Positions 56,630 through 64,000 of a stretch of DNA of 64,000 nt are shown one piece after another. The notes beneath the pieces were generated by a model, which did not search any database, had not been told where the DNA came from, and was given only the letters and a program-made list of their open reading frames with translations. This stretch comes from a virus (Duplodnaviria > Caudoviricetes): positions 3,540-67,539 of the IMG/VR virus record IMGVR_UViG_3300003965_000013. One strand, 5' to 3'. The stretch's first letter is position 1, and each line of letters begins with the position of its first letter. The position numbers and the translations under genes are program-made.

Positions 56630-57051
56630 TACTGATTAACTGCTTTTGAGAGTGAAAAAATAGTTCCTTGCTTTTCTTCGGGACGGAGGCGGCGGGAGCC
56701 CACGAGGAAGCCATCAGAATCGTATGTTTCCATCATTCCGTCATCGTGGTTTGCCATGTGAAACAGGGTGCCGGTTACCTCTGTTTGTTTGGTTTTAATT
56801 TCTGTAAGCAAGGTTTTGTTGATTGTTTTAAGAGGATCCATTTTTAGCTTAAAATCATCTTTCACCTCTTTCAGCTCATCTTCAAACTTGTTTAGCCGGA
56901 TGCAGTTATCGGCCAAGTCTTCACGCCTTGCTGCCAGTTCTTCCGGCGTAAGTGTTTTTTGATACGTGGTTTGCTCCACCTTTGATGCGTTTTCCTGCAT
57001 GAGAACGTATCGTTCTTTTTGTGATAGTTCTGGCATGAATTGTTTTGCCAT
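56629..57051 (-). CDS. Conserved coiled-coil phage protein
   Basis: 140 aa; SRRLRPEEKQ. Confidence 0.7.
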   Translation of the reverse strand: MAKQFMPELSQKERYVLMQENASKVEQTTYQKTLTPEELAARREDLADNCIRLNKFEDELKEVKDDFKLKMDPLKTINKTLLTEIKTKQTEVTGTLFHMANHDDGMMETYDSDGFLVGSRRLRPEEKQGTIFSLSKAVNQ

Positions 57052-57083
57052 GATTTATTTTTTAATTGTTATGAAATGATTTG

Positions 57084-57503
57084 TTAGTTAAACATTACAA
57101 GTGGCGCTCCCGGTGGAGCAATATCAATTCCTAAATACTCTTTTGCCCATGTGATAATTTCATCAGCTTTTGCCGCAAAATCCATTTTATCCTGAGCGCT
57201 GGTGCTTTCTATGATTTCAATTTCCTCAACTCCGTTGCTGATTTTTTTCTTAAAAAACAGCGCCTTCAAAACCAGTTTTGCATCATCGTTTGTTTTTACA
57301 TCTGTGTAACCTGCGTCATACAAAGCAGTTTTTACAATTGGAAGTATGGCATGTAGCCATGCGTTTTGGCTGAGTGTTCTTTTTTGCTTACGCTTTATTT
57401 CTACCTGGTAGGTGCCATCTTCTGCCGCCGCCCAATAATCTTTTAGAGATTGAGTGTTGGTGAAACCTCCGTTGCGTTTGTGTATGTAGAACACGTTACT
57501 CAT
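57084..57503 (-). CDS. NinB-like recombination protein
   Basis: KRTLSQNAWLH...STSAQDKMDF. Confidence 0.6.
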   Translation of the reverse strand: MSNVFYIHKRNGGFTNTQSLKDYWAAAEDGTYQVEIKRKQKRTLSQNAWLHAILPIVKTALYDAGYTDVKTNDDAKLVLKALFFKKKISNGVEEIEIIESTSAQDKMDFAAKADEIITWAKEYLGIDIAPPGAPLVMFN

Positions 57504-57714
57504 TATCCATATATTGTTGATACCTCCTTTCTCTTTCTTCGTCCTGCTTCAAAAACTGCTGATACCTTTCTTCGCCTATTTCTTTTCTAAACTCCTGCTC
57601 CCATCTTAGCTTTTGAATCCAAACAGGAACGTGTTGTTTTCTTTTACTGCTGGGAACGGGTTCAATTGCTAATGAAGGGTCGTCCTGTATGGCTTTCCAG
57701 TAAGAGTAGCTCAT
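57496..57714 (-). CDS. Hypothetical protein
   Basis: 72 aa. Confidence 0.65.
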   Translation of the reverse strand: MSYSYWKAIQDDPSLAIEPVPSSKRKQHVPVWIQKLRWEQEFRKEIGEERYQQFLKQDEERERRYQQYMDNE

Positions 57715-58589
57715 GCGGGTTGTTTTGCGGATTCAAACGTTGCCTTTTTTGCATCCTTAGCCTGTACAATAGCCGGGTATTTAATGGCCATTGTTTTAGC
57801 TTCTGTAAATACTTTTTTAAGTTCTTCCTCTGTTGTACAGTTGTTGATAGATTGAATCCATTGCTGCACGGCTTCTTCATCTTCTTTTTGCTGATCTACC
57901 CCGTTTTCGCACCAGTTCTTTATCAACCCTCCCGTTTCCTCTGTAATTATAAACGGCTGCTTATCCATAAACAATCCCGTCCTGTCTTTGCTTGCGGTGC
58001 AGTAGTGTGATGTTTCAAGGTTAAAGTTTATGGTTACTTCATATTCAAATCCTTCACGGGTAACTTCTTTAAGGCCTACTTTTACAACCTGTGTTTTATT
58101 GCCCTCTTTAACCATGTCGTAATCCTGCTTTCTTCTTACTGTTGTTATTACGTGGCACTTGCTTTGAAGTATTGCATCAATAAAGGCCTGATGTCTTGGT
58201 GTAACTTTAGCCCATGCTGTGTAAGAATTTTTTGAAGTGCTTGCTTGGGTTACCTGGTCGGCTATTTCAAGGCACCCGCCCTTACCATCCCATTCATGCG
58301 TAATGCTATCAATGATTATACACTCCATGCCAGCATCTTCGCACGTTTTGATAGCTTGAATATATCTTTCCGGAGAAAACGGAGCAGACAATTCAACAGT
58401 ATTAAAATCGCCTAAATTAGAATAAAGGGAGGCGCTGCCATTTTCTGTATCAATTACAGCTATTTTGTTCCAGTCTCCAACCAGCCCTTTTGCAAGTTTT
58501 AATGCGCTGTATGTTTTACCCCCGCCAGATACGGCAGAAAGACCGAGCCTTAGTTTTACTTTTTTACGTGTTGCTTTTTGTAGTTGCAT
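57711..58589 (-). CDS. AAA ATPase, Sak4-like recombination protein
   Basis: SAVSGGGKT, VIDTE, IIDSITHEW. Confidence 0.85.
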   Translation of the reverse strand: MQLQKATRKKVKLRLGLSAVSGGGKTYSALKLAKGLVGDWNKIAVIDTENGSASLYSNLGDFNTVELSAPFSPERYIQAIKTCEDAGMECIIIDSITHEWDGKGGCLEIADQVTQASTSKNSYTAWAKVTPRHQAFIDAILQSKCHVITTVRRKQDYDMVKEGNKTQVVKVGLKEVTREGFEYEVTINFNLETSHYCTASKDRTGLFMDKQPFIITEETGGLIKNWCENGVDQQKEDEEAVQQWIQSINNCTTEEELKKVFTEAKTMAIKYPAIVQAKDAKKATFESAKQPA

Positions 58590-58602
58590 ATAATTTTTTG
58601 TT

Positions 58603-58854
58603 TTACGCTGCTTTGTTTATTTGTTGCTGGTTGAAAATTTCTTGTGCTAACATTTGACAATGTTCAATAACACCCATCCAGTCGCTTATCAAAGAAAGAT
58701 CGGGTGCCAGCCCTCCTATGTGTACGCCTATTGTATTTGTTTCTGGAATGATTGCACAAGTTGCTTTTACGGTTACGGAATATTCTGCCCCTGCTATTTT
58801 TTTTAAGAAAAAAGCCGGAATGTTGTAATCAAATGAACAAACTACTTTACTCAT
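58603..58854 (-). CDS. Hypothetical protein (probable paralog of 60000..60233)
   Basis: FDYNIPA...DWMGVIEHCQMLA. Confidence 0.7.
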   Translation of the reverse strand: MSKVVCSFDYNIPAFFLKKIAGAEYSVTVKATCAIIPETNTIGVHIGGLAPDLSLISDWMGVIEHCQMLAQEIFNQQQINKAA

Positions 58855-59038
58855 GTTTTTTTATTTGATCTACATGTTTTGGTTCGTAGTGATTGCCCAC
58901 CCATGCTGTTAACCTGGCCGCATCTTCCCACATAGAGAATGTACAGGCCTCTTCTTTTTTACTTGTATCGAGCGGTACGTGTTCTGCAAACTCACAGAAC
59001 AGTTCCCCAGTTTTTGTATTGAGCAGGTACCACATCAT
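58847..59038 (-). CDS. Hypothetical protein
   Basis: 63 aa, coupled to neighbours. Confidence 0.65.
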   Translation of the reverse strand: MMWYLLNTKTGELFCEFAEHVPLDTSKKEEACTFSMWEDAARLTAWVGNHYEPKHVDQIKKHE

Positions 59039-59253
59039 TTTCTCCTTGTTTTTACTCCTGCGGGTATCACCGTTTTATCAGGATTGTTTTGATCAATGGA
59101 CGGTTCAAAATTTGGTTTTGGGTTGGCGGCGTAAAACTCTGCAGGATGGTATGACCTCCCGTTTAAGTTTATCAAACCACCAACAACGCTTACTGGCTGC
59201 TGCTGCCATGCGTTTTTAGCTTCTAAATACTCTGAAATGTTGTTGTAGATCAT
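59035..59253 (-). CDS. Hypothetical protein
   Basis: 72 aa. Confidence 0.65.
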   Translation of the reverse strand: MIYNNISEYLEAKNAWQQQPVSVVGGLINLNGRSYHPAEFYAANPKPNFEPSIDQNNPDKTVIPAGVKTRRK

Positions 59254-59505
59254 CTTTTTTTATTAAGGGCGGCTACTTAATTCACCGCCCTTTGGGTTGC
59301 TAATTCGGGTTCATTGCTACTATTCTTTAACCCCCTCTATTGGCTTCGGCTGTCCCTGCTTTTTTTCACGGTCTCAAACAGCGTTGACCGTACCGTATTG
59401 TTCGTAGCATCTGCTGTAGTTACTTCGTTACTTTAATCTTATACGTTTGTGCCCTCCCGCCAATAAATACTAATTAAAGAACATGAACCCCTCTCTGTAT
59501 GGTTG

Positions 59506-59578
59506 TGGAGAAGGTTGGTATCGAACCAACATCTAAGGATTTTCAGTCCTCCGCATAGACCAACTTTGCTACTTCTCC
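59506..59578 (-). tRNA. trnF: tRNA-Phe(GAA), CCA not encoded
   Basis: GGAGAAG/CTTCTCC acceptor stem, GAGGA-CTGAAAA-TCCTT anticodon arm, GTTCGATAC T loop. Confidence 0.92.
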
Positions 59579-59999
59579 GTGTTGGCGCTTCAGGTTGATT
59601 GGTGCAAGGAGTTATGAAGTGGGACATAACACCGGCCTGAACCCTATACTGCACGAACGCCAATTATTTCAAATAACTTTTTTCAATTAAGGCCGCTGAG
59701 TAGAAACCCTGCGGCGTACGATTTTGCTTGCCATATGAATCATCAAAAAAAATGTTCAATATCATCACTTCGGTTTATTGGAGTGTTCACCGCCCAAAGA
59801 GCAAGCCCAACAAGTAAAAGAAGCGCCACAGCAAAACATGCAAATGCAATAATCAAAGTGTTCATATCAATATTTTTAAGTTTAAAAGATGCCAGGCTAA
59901 GAGTAGCCCGGCCAGCCTACCTATGCTTTGGGTATGTACCCAAATCTTTCTACTCTTTTGTAAGGGTCGTAATTATGGTTTTTCCTTAACCCAAATATT

Positions 60000-60233
60000 T
60001 TAATAAGCCACCGCATTCATTCTGTTTTTAAAGTAAACGCTTGCCAATTCCTGTATATCTTGTTTAACTGCCGCCCAATCAATAACTGCCGCCACATCAT
60101 CCATTGTGGTTTCTTTATCAATTGTAATAAAGTGCCCACCTATTTGCTGAGTTACCTTTACGTTGATAAAGCAATCCGGCCTTTTGTTAAGGGTGTAGTC
60201 TGCCGGTACGTTGTAGGTGAATTGATATATCAT
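60000..60233 (-). CDS. Hypothetical protein
   Basis: FTYNVPA...DWAAVKQDIQELA. Confidence 0.7.
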   Translation of the reverse strand: MIYQFTYNVPADYTLNKRPDCFINVKVTQQIGGHFITIDKETTMDDVAAVIDWAAVKQDIQELASVYFKNRMNAVAY

Positions 60234-60238
60234 ATAAT

Positions 60239-60661
60239 CTATTGTTTGAAAAGATTAAAGCTCATGCCAACGGTTGCGGTTACGAAACGTGGTGAGTAGT
60301 TGCCGGAGACAAAGAAGGTTCCACGGTCATAGTGCATGAAGTGATAAGCACCACCTATGCTCCACGTTTTACTGTTCATTTCTTTGTTTTCGTTAGATTT
60401 ATGAACCCACACATATCCGGCATACAAATGCAGCCTGTTTCCTAAAATGTAACCTGCACGGGCATTAAATAATGATGGCTGGCTGTTATCAATCATTGAT
60501 ATGTACCCAGCACTCATAGTTACATTGTTAGTGCGGATGCCAACCTGCAGTTCTCCGCTCAAATATTTACCCGTCATGCCGGGCCCAAACGATGTGTACA
60601 AATGCTGCCCTTGTGATGTAAGGCAAAACAGCAAAAGAAAAAGAGAAATGAAATTTTTCAT
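60239..60661 (-). CDS. Secreted outer-membrane beta-barrel-like protein
   Basis: Signal peptide; alternating beta strands; ends VGMSFNLF. Confidence 0.65.
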   Translation of the reverse strand: MKNFISLFLLLFCLTSQGQHLYTSFGPGMTGKYLSGELQVGIRTNNVTMSAGYISMIDNSQPSLFNARAGYILGNRLHLYAGYVWVHKSNENKEMNSKTWSIGGAYHFMHYDRGTFFVSGNYSPRFVTATVGMSFNLFKQ

Positions 60662-60676
60662 ATAGCAAGTGTTTGT

Positions 60677-60877
60677 TTAATACTGATCGTTTATTTGGTT
60701 TTCAATAGCTGCTTCCAGCTTTTGTTCAAACGTTTTTATTTCACGCTCAATAATACTGTTGCCATCAACAAACAGCCTTTTACTGGTGCCAAACATTATT
60801 TTACGCCACAGTTCAGAAGCCGTAAGCTCATCATCCACGTTGTGTGTTGTTTCCTGTATGTTTTGGTTTTGATTCAT
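60677..60877 (-). CDS. Hypothetical protein
   Basis: 66 aa. Confidence 0.6.
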   Translation of the reverse strand: MNQNQNIQETTHNVDDELTASELWRKIMFGTSKRLFVDGNSIIEREIKTFEQKLEAAIENQINDQY

Positions 60878-60993
60878 CGGACTTTAAATAGCTGTTTATG
60901 ATTTGCTGATGAACTATTGTTTTCAAAAAATCAACCAACTCATAGTGTTTTGCTGTAGGAGTAAACTTCCCGCTTTGTGGTATTGACAAAGCC

Positions 60994-61230
60994 TTATCCA
61001 TGTTGTAAATTTGTTATCCCGATTACTTCTTCTACTAACTCGTCCGGGTTCCTGCCCATGTGATTTGCCACCAGTGTAACTACTGAGTATTGATTAAGTG
61101 TTGCTGTGTTTCTGTTGATTGCAGACAATAAAGAACCGGGTTCAATACCCATTTCTTTTGAAACCTCTGCAAAACAGTCGGCATCTCCCTTTATGAAATC
61201 CAACGCCTCACTTGTAAACCTCTTTGCCAT
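60994..61230 (-). CDS. Cro-like HTH protein
   Basis: AEVSKEMGIEPGSLLSAINRN; divergent from the repressor. Confidence 0.7.
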   Translation of the reverse strand: MAKRFTSEALDFIKGDADCFAEVSKEMGIEPGSLLSAINRNTATLNQYSVVTLVANHMGRNPDELVEEVIGITNLQHG

Positions 61231-61283
61231 AAATGATTGTTTTATTATATTGCTGCATTAGCGAAATGCTATACAAATATAGA

Positions 61284-61315
61284 GGTCAATATTTACTCAA
61301 CAAGGGTCAATATTT
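61284..61315. promoter_or_regulatory. Putative repressor operators (GGTCAATATTT x2, 21-bp spacing)
   Basis: Direct repeats at 61284-61294 and 61305-61315 in the Cro/CI intergenic region; inverted copy at 61523-61534. Confidence 0.6.
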
Positions 61316-61336
61316 CCTTTAACAAAATTTTAACAA

Positions 61337-62017
61337 ATGGACGGCGCAATATTTCATGCGTTTGTTGAATCGAAAGATTTGGTAAAAAAAGACTTGGCTA
61401 CTGAGCTTGGGATGTCAAAGCAAAATCTTTTTCAGTTGTTCAAAAGCAAAGACTTTGAACCTGAAACCATTATAAAAATTGAAAACAGATTTAAGAAGAA
61501 ATGGGAAGCAATAAAAAAAGAAGTAAATATTGACTTAAACTCAGAAGCGCTTGGTCAAGTATTGACAAATGTAGAAACAACTTATTTGACACGCCGAAGA
61601 AACCTAAAGAATGGAAATCAATCACCTGTGCCTATGTATGGAAGTTTCAGCACTTTGGGAAATATTGAGGTTTTTGATGATGATAAAAACCGTCACAAAG
61701 TAGTTGCCCAATTACCATCAGAAGTATTTCCCGGATGTGATTTTGCAGAAAAAGCAAAGGGACAAAGCATGTATCCCTATATTATGAATCAAGCCGTGCT
61801 GGTTGGTAAAACCTGTACAATGGACGGAATTGTGTACGGAGAAATTTATACCATCAAAACGAAAAGCGGGATGGATACAACTAAATATGTTCATCCAGCT
61901 AAGCAAAAAGGATATGTTAAGTTAGTAGCATACAATAAAAACGTTCCCGATCAAGAAGTACTGATTGATGATGTGATTTTTGCTTATAGAGTACATTTCA
62001 TCATAAACCCCACATAA
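61337..62017 (+). CDS. CI-like repressor (HTH + S24 peptidase)
   Basis: KKDLATELGMSKQNL; AKGQSMYP (catalytic Ser) and TTKYV. Confidence 0.88.
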   Translation: MDGAIFHAFVESKDLVKKDLATELGMSKQNLFQLFKSKDFEPETIIKIENRFKKKWEAIKKEVNIDLNSEALGQVLTNVETTYLTRRRNLKNGNQSPVPMYGSFSTLGNIEVFDDDKNRHKVVAQLPSEVFPGCDFAEKAKGQSMYPYIMNQAVLVGKTCTMDGIVYGEIYTIKTKSGMDTTKYVHPAKQKGYVKLVAYNKNVPDQEVLIDDVIFAYRVHFIINPT

Positions 62018-62018
62018 T

Positions 62019-62474
62019 ATGAAAAAGCGCTTTTGCACATTAGTATTTATTTTATTGACTTTTTTCTATTGCAAGTCTCAAACTTTTGAATATCCTCACT
62101 GGATAGATAAGAAGGTTGATTTCATGGGCAATAAGGTAACATATAAATCAGGAGAGGCTATTGTAGATATGGTTAAAGATTGGCGTGTACAAATTTTAGG
62201 GGCTGATAACATGGCCTGTTATAACAACATTGTCATTGATGTTAAGGGAACTTACTCTGGCTCGCTTGGTTTTGGTAAAACATATTTGTTTGAGTATAGT
62301 GATCGCTATTCTTATGGATTAGGTGTTACAATAACCTATGGAAGCAAAACAGAAAAAGGCGAAAACATTACCATTATTTTTAAGTTTAAAAATGTAGCAA
62401 GCAACGAGCCTGAATCTATTACTGTAATGATTACAAAAAATGATGGTCAAGAGATTAATTTTGTTTTAAAATGA
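62019..62474 (+). CDS. Secreted protein co-transcribed with the repressor (possible superinfection exclusion)
   Basis: Signal peptide; lies between CI and the integrase. Confidence 0.55.
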   Translation: MKKRFCTLVFILLTFFYCKSQTFEYPHWIDKKVDFMGNKVTYKSGEAIVDMVKDWRVQILGADNMACYNNIVIDVKGTYSGSLGFGKTYLFEYSDRYSYGLGVTITYGSKTEKGENITIIFKFKNVASNEPESITVMITKNDGQEINFVLK

Positions 62475-64000
62475 TCCGTTTTGCATTCACATACGAACGA
62501 CTGAGTGATGAAGGTGCTATTGATACACAAACAAAGTTGATTGAGGAATATTGCAGCCGTAATAACATCATCATCAAAGCATCTTTTACAGATGATGGTG
62601 TGAGTGGTGCCACGTTTAAGCGAAAAGGCTGGCTGCAACTGGAAGCGGCCCTTAAAAAGCAGCACAAGGAAATTGACTTTATTGTTATGCGGGATACCAC
62701 CCGTTTTGGCCGTACTGACTTCATCGAATCTATGATGAAGCGGACGTACATACAGAACCAGTACGGCGTTAAAATTCTCAACCTGGATGATAACCCGGAA
62801 GTGAATGTGAATGATCTCATGGTTCGGCTGAAACAAACCTTTGAATCATTCTACGCACAGAAGCAGCGGGAAGATACCAGGGACTGGATTATTCAACGGC
62901 AAACCAGCATGAAGCGGCAGGGCTATTATCCTCACCGGGCTCCGCTCGGTTACATGAACGCAAAGGATGATAAAAAGAACGGTGTTATTTGTATAGACCA
63001 AGAAAAAGCACCAGTTATTGCTGAAATGTTTAAACTGTTCGTTTCAGGTAAAGGGCAAATGGAATTGAAGGAATGGCTGAAAACAAAGGGCATACAGGTT
63101 AAGGGCCGCTCCACTGTAACCCGTATGCTGCAGAACCCTATTTATGCCGGTTACATTATGGTGCCGCCCACTACAAAATCACAAGGTTTTATTGAGAAGG
63201 GAAGGCATGAGCCGCTAATACCGAAGCCTCTTTTTGATGCGGTGCAGGTTCGGTTAAAACGCAAAAAGCCGGTACGTCATGCTGATGATGAGGTTTATTT
63301 GCGTGGTGTGTTGTACAGTGAGTTCGGAAATAAGCTGAGCAGCAGCCGGAGCCGGGGTAAGATGGGCAAACTGTATAACTACTACATTGACCCAAAACAT
63401 GGCATTAATCTGAACGCTGATAAACTGCATGCTCAATTTGATGCTATATTGGAAGTGTGCACATTTGAACGGGAAGAAGCGGAGTGGATGAAAAGCCAGG
63501 TGCTTGCTACTGTATTGCAGGAAATTGAGGACGGCACTAAAAAAGCGGATGGTATCAAAAAAGACATTGCCTTGCTCAATACCCGGATTGCTGAGGTGCA
63601 AAAAAAATACCTCACTACAGAAGGTGTAAGTGTGGACGTTTACAAAGAAACGATGGCGGAGTTTAACAGCCGCAAATCTGCTTTGGAACACGAACTGAGC
63701 TCATACCAGCTCAGCCGCTCCTATTACATTGAGGTGGTGAATGACGTGTTTAACAGTCTTACCAATTTAAAACAGGTGTTTCACCAGATACCCGTTGAGC
63801 GCAAACATGACTTTGTTAATTTGATTTTTGGCGGGTTTCTGTATTATTCCCACAACTGTTTCCGAACTCCTTACCTGAGTGAACTGATCGCTTCTAAAGA
63901 GTTGATTTTAAAAGAGAAAGGGCTGCTTATTGTAGAGCAACCCTTTGTGAGATTGGAGAGTAAGTCTCCTATGTACCACGTACGGGATTCGAACCCGTGA
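62471..64000 (+). CDS. Large serine recombinase (integrase)
   Basis: YERLS catalytic motif, DDGVSG, DTTRFGR, APLGY, LQNPIYAG; stop TGA at 63998-64000. Confidence 0.93.
   Translation: MIRFAFTYERLSDEGAIDTQTKLIEEYCSRNNIIIKASFTDDGVSGATFKRKGWLQLEAALKKQHKEIDFIVMRDTTRFGRTDFIESMMKRTYIQNQYGVKILNLDDNPEVNVNDLMVRLKQTFESFYAQKQREDTRDWIIQRQTSMKRQGYYPHRAPLGYMNAKDDKKNGVICIDQEKAPVIAEMFKLFVSGKGQMELKEWLKTKGIQVKGRSTVTRMLQNPIYAGYIMVPPTTKSQGFIEKGRHEPLIPKPLFDAVQVRLKRKKPVRHADDEVYLRGVLYSEFGNKLSSSRSRGKMGKLYNYYIDPKHGINLNADKLHAQFDAILEVCTFEREEAEWMKSQVLATVLQEIEDGTKKADGIKKDIALLNTRIAEVQKKYLTTEGVSVDVYKETMAEFNSRKSALEHELSSYQLSRSYYIEVVNDVFNSLTNLKQVFHQIPVERKHDFVNLIFGGFLYYSHNCFRTPYLSELIASKELILKEKGLLIVEQPFVRLESKSPMYHVRDSNP
63974..64000 (-). 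tRNA. 3' part of a tRNA (T-arm + acceptor strand); putative att core; isotype not determinable
   Basis: Minus strand TC-ACGGG-TTCGAAT-CCCGT-ACGTGGT-A. Confidence 0.8.

Larger units (their letters stand above)
1..64000. mobile_element. Temperate Bacteroidota phage / prophage, podovirus-type (crAss-like morphogenesis module); left end lies outside the window
   Basis: TerL, portal, capsid, tail, lysis, replication, CI/Cro and serine recombinase genes; tRNA-3' att-like sequence at 63974-64000. Confidence 0.95.

Noticed and set aside
52892-60901. Plus-strand ORFs opposite the replication arm
   Set aside because: Antisense shadows of well-supported minus-strand genes
62471-64000. This recombinase as the integron integrase for the cassette arrays
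   Set aside because: It is a serine recombinase; attC recombination is known for IntI tyrosine recombinases, and this gene has its own tRNA att site
1-64000. Stop-codon reassignment (known in some crAss-like phages)
   Set aside because: Standard code yields long intact ORFs throughout; the only breaks (ssb tail, G8 MTase) are frameshifts, not in-frame stops

Overview
Almost the whole window is one temperate Bacteroidota phage (prophage or its circular form). Host phylum is inferred from TAnnTTTG -7 promoter elements, A-rich translation starts and Bacteroidota-type secreted proteins. Layout: (i) 1-1.2 kb leftward early genes (LPD29-type polyvalent-associated protein, wHTH regulator); (ii) a ~1 kb non-coding region with a repeated 16-bp palindrome; (iii) 2.2-9.4 kb rightward accessory arm with ssb; (iv) 10-48 kb podovirus morphogenesis and lysis module resembling crAss-like/related Bacteroidota phages (GroES-like proteins, ring proteins, muzzle, ejection proteins incl. 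a ~2,900-aa polyvalent protein, TerL, portal, scaffold, capsid, tail fibre locus, GH19 endolysin); (v) 48-61 kb leftward replication/recombination arm (DnaB, initiator, RuvC-like, NinB-like, Sak4-like ATPase, tRNA-Phe); (vi) Cro/CI switch and a large serine recombinase whose stop codon lies inside the antisense of a tRNA 3' end (att site) at the window edge. The most striking unannotated structure is two arrays of integron-like gene cassettes (3.8-8.8 kb on +, 48.3-52.4 kb on -). Each cassette starts with GTT..., ends with a complementary ...AAC, shows a nearly invariant G.T pair at position 11, and is separated from the next by an imperfect 55-137 bp hairpin. The cargo includes four DNA methyltransferases (one interrupted at a G8 tract), and no integron integrase is visible in the window. 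Also notable: a 17-bp palindrome at four putative late promoters, +1-frame overprinted ORFs inside the giant ejection gene, three GroES domains, and signal peptides on four consecutive tail-locus proteins. All family assignments come from motif recognition by eye; no database searches were run.
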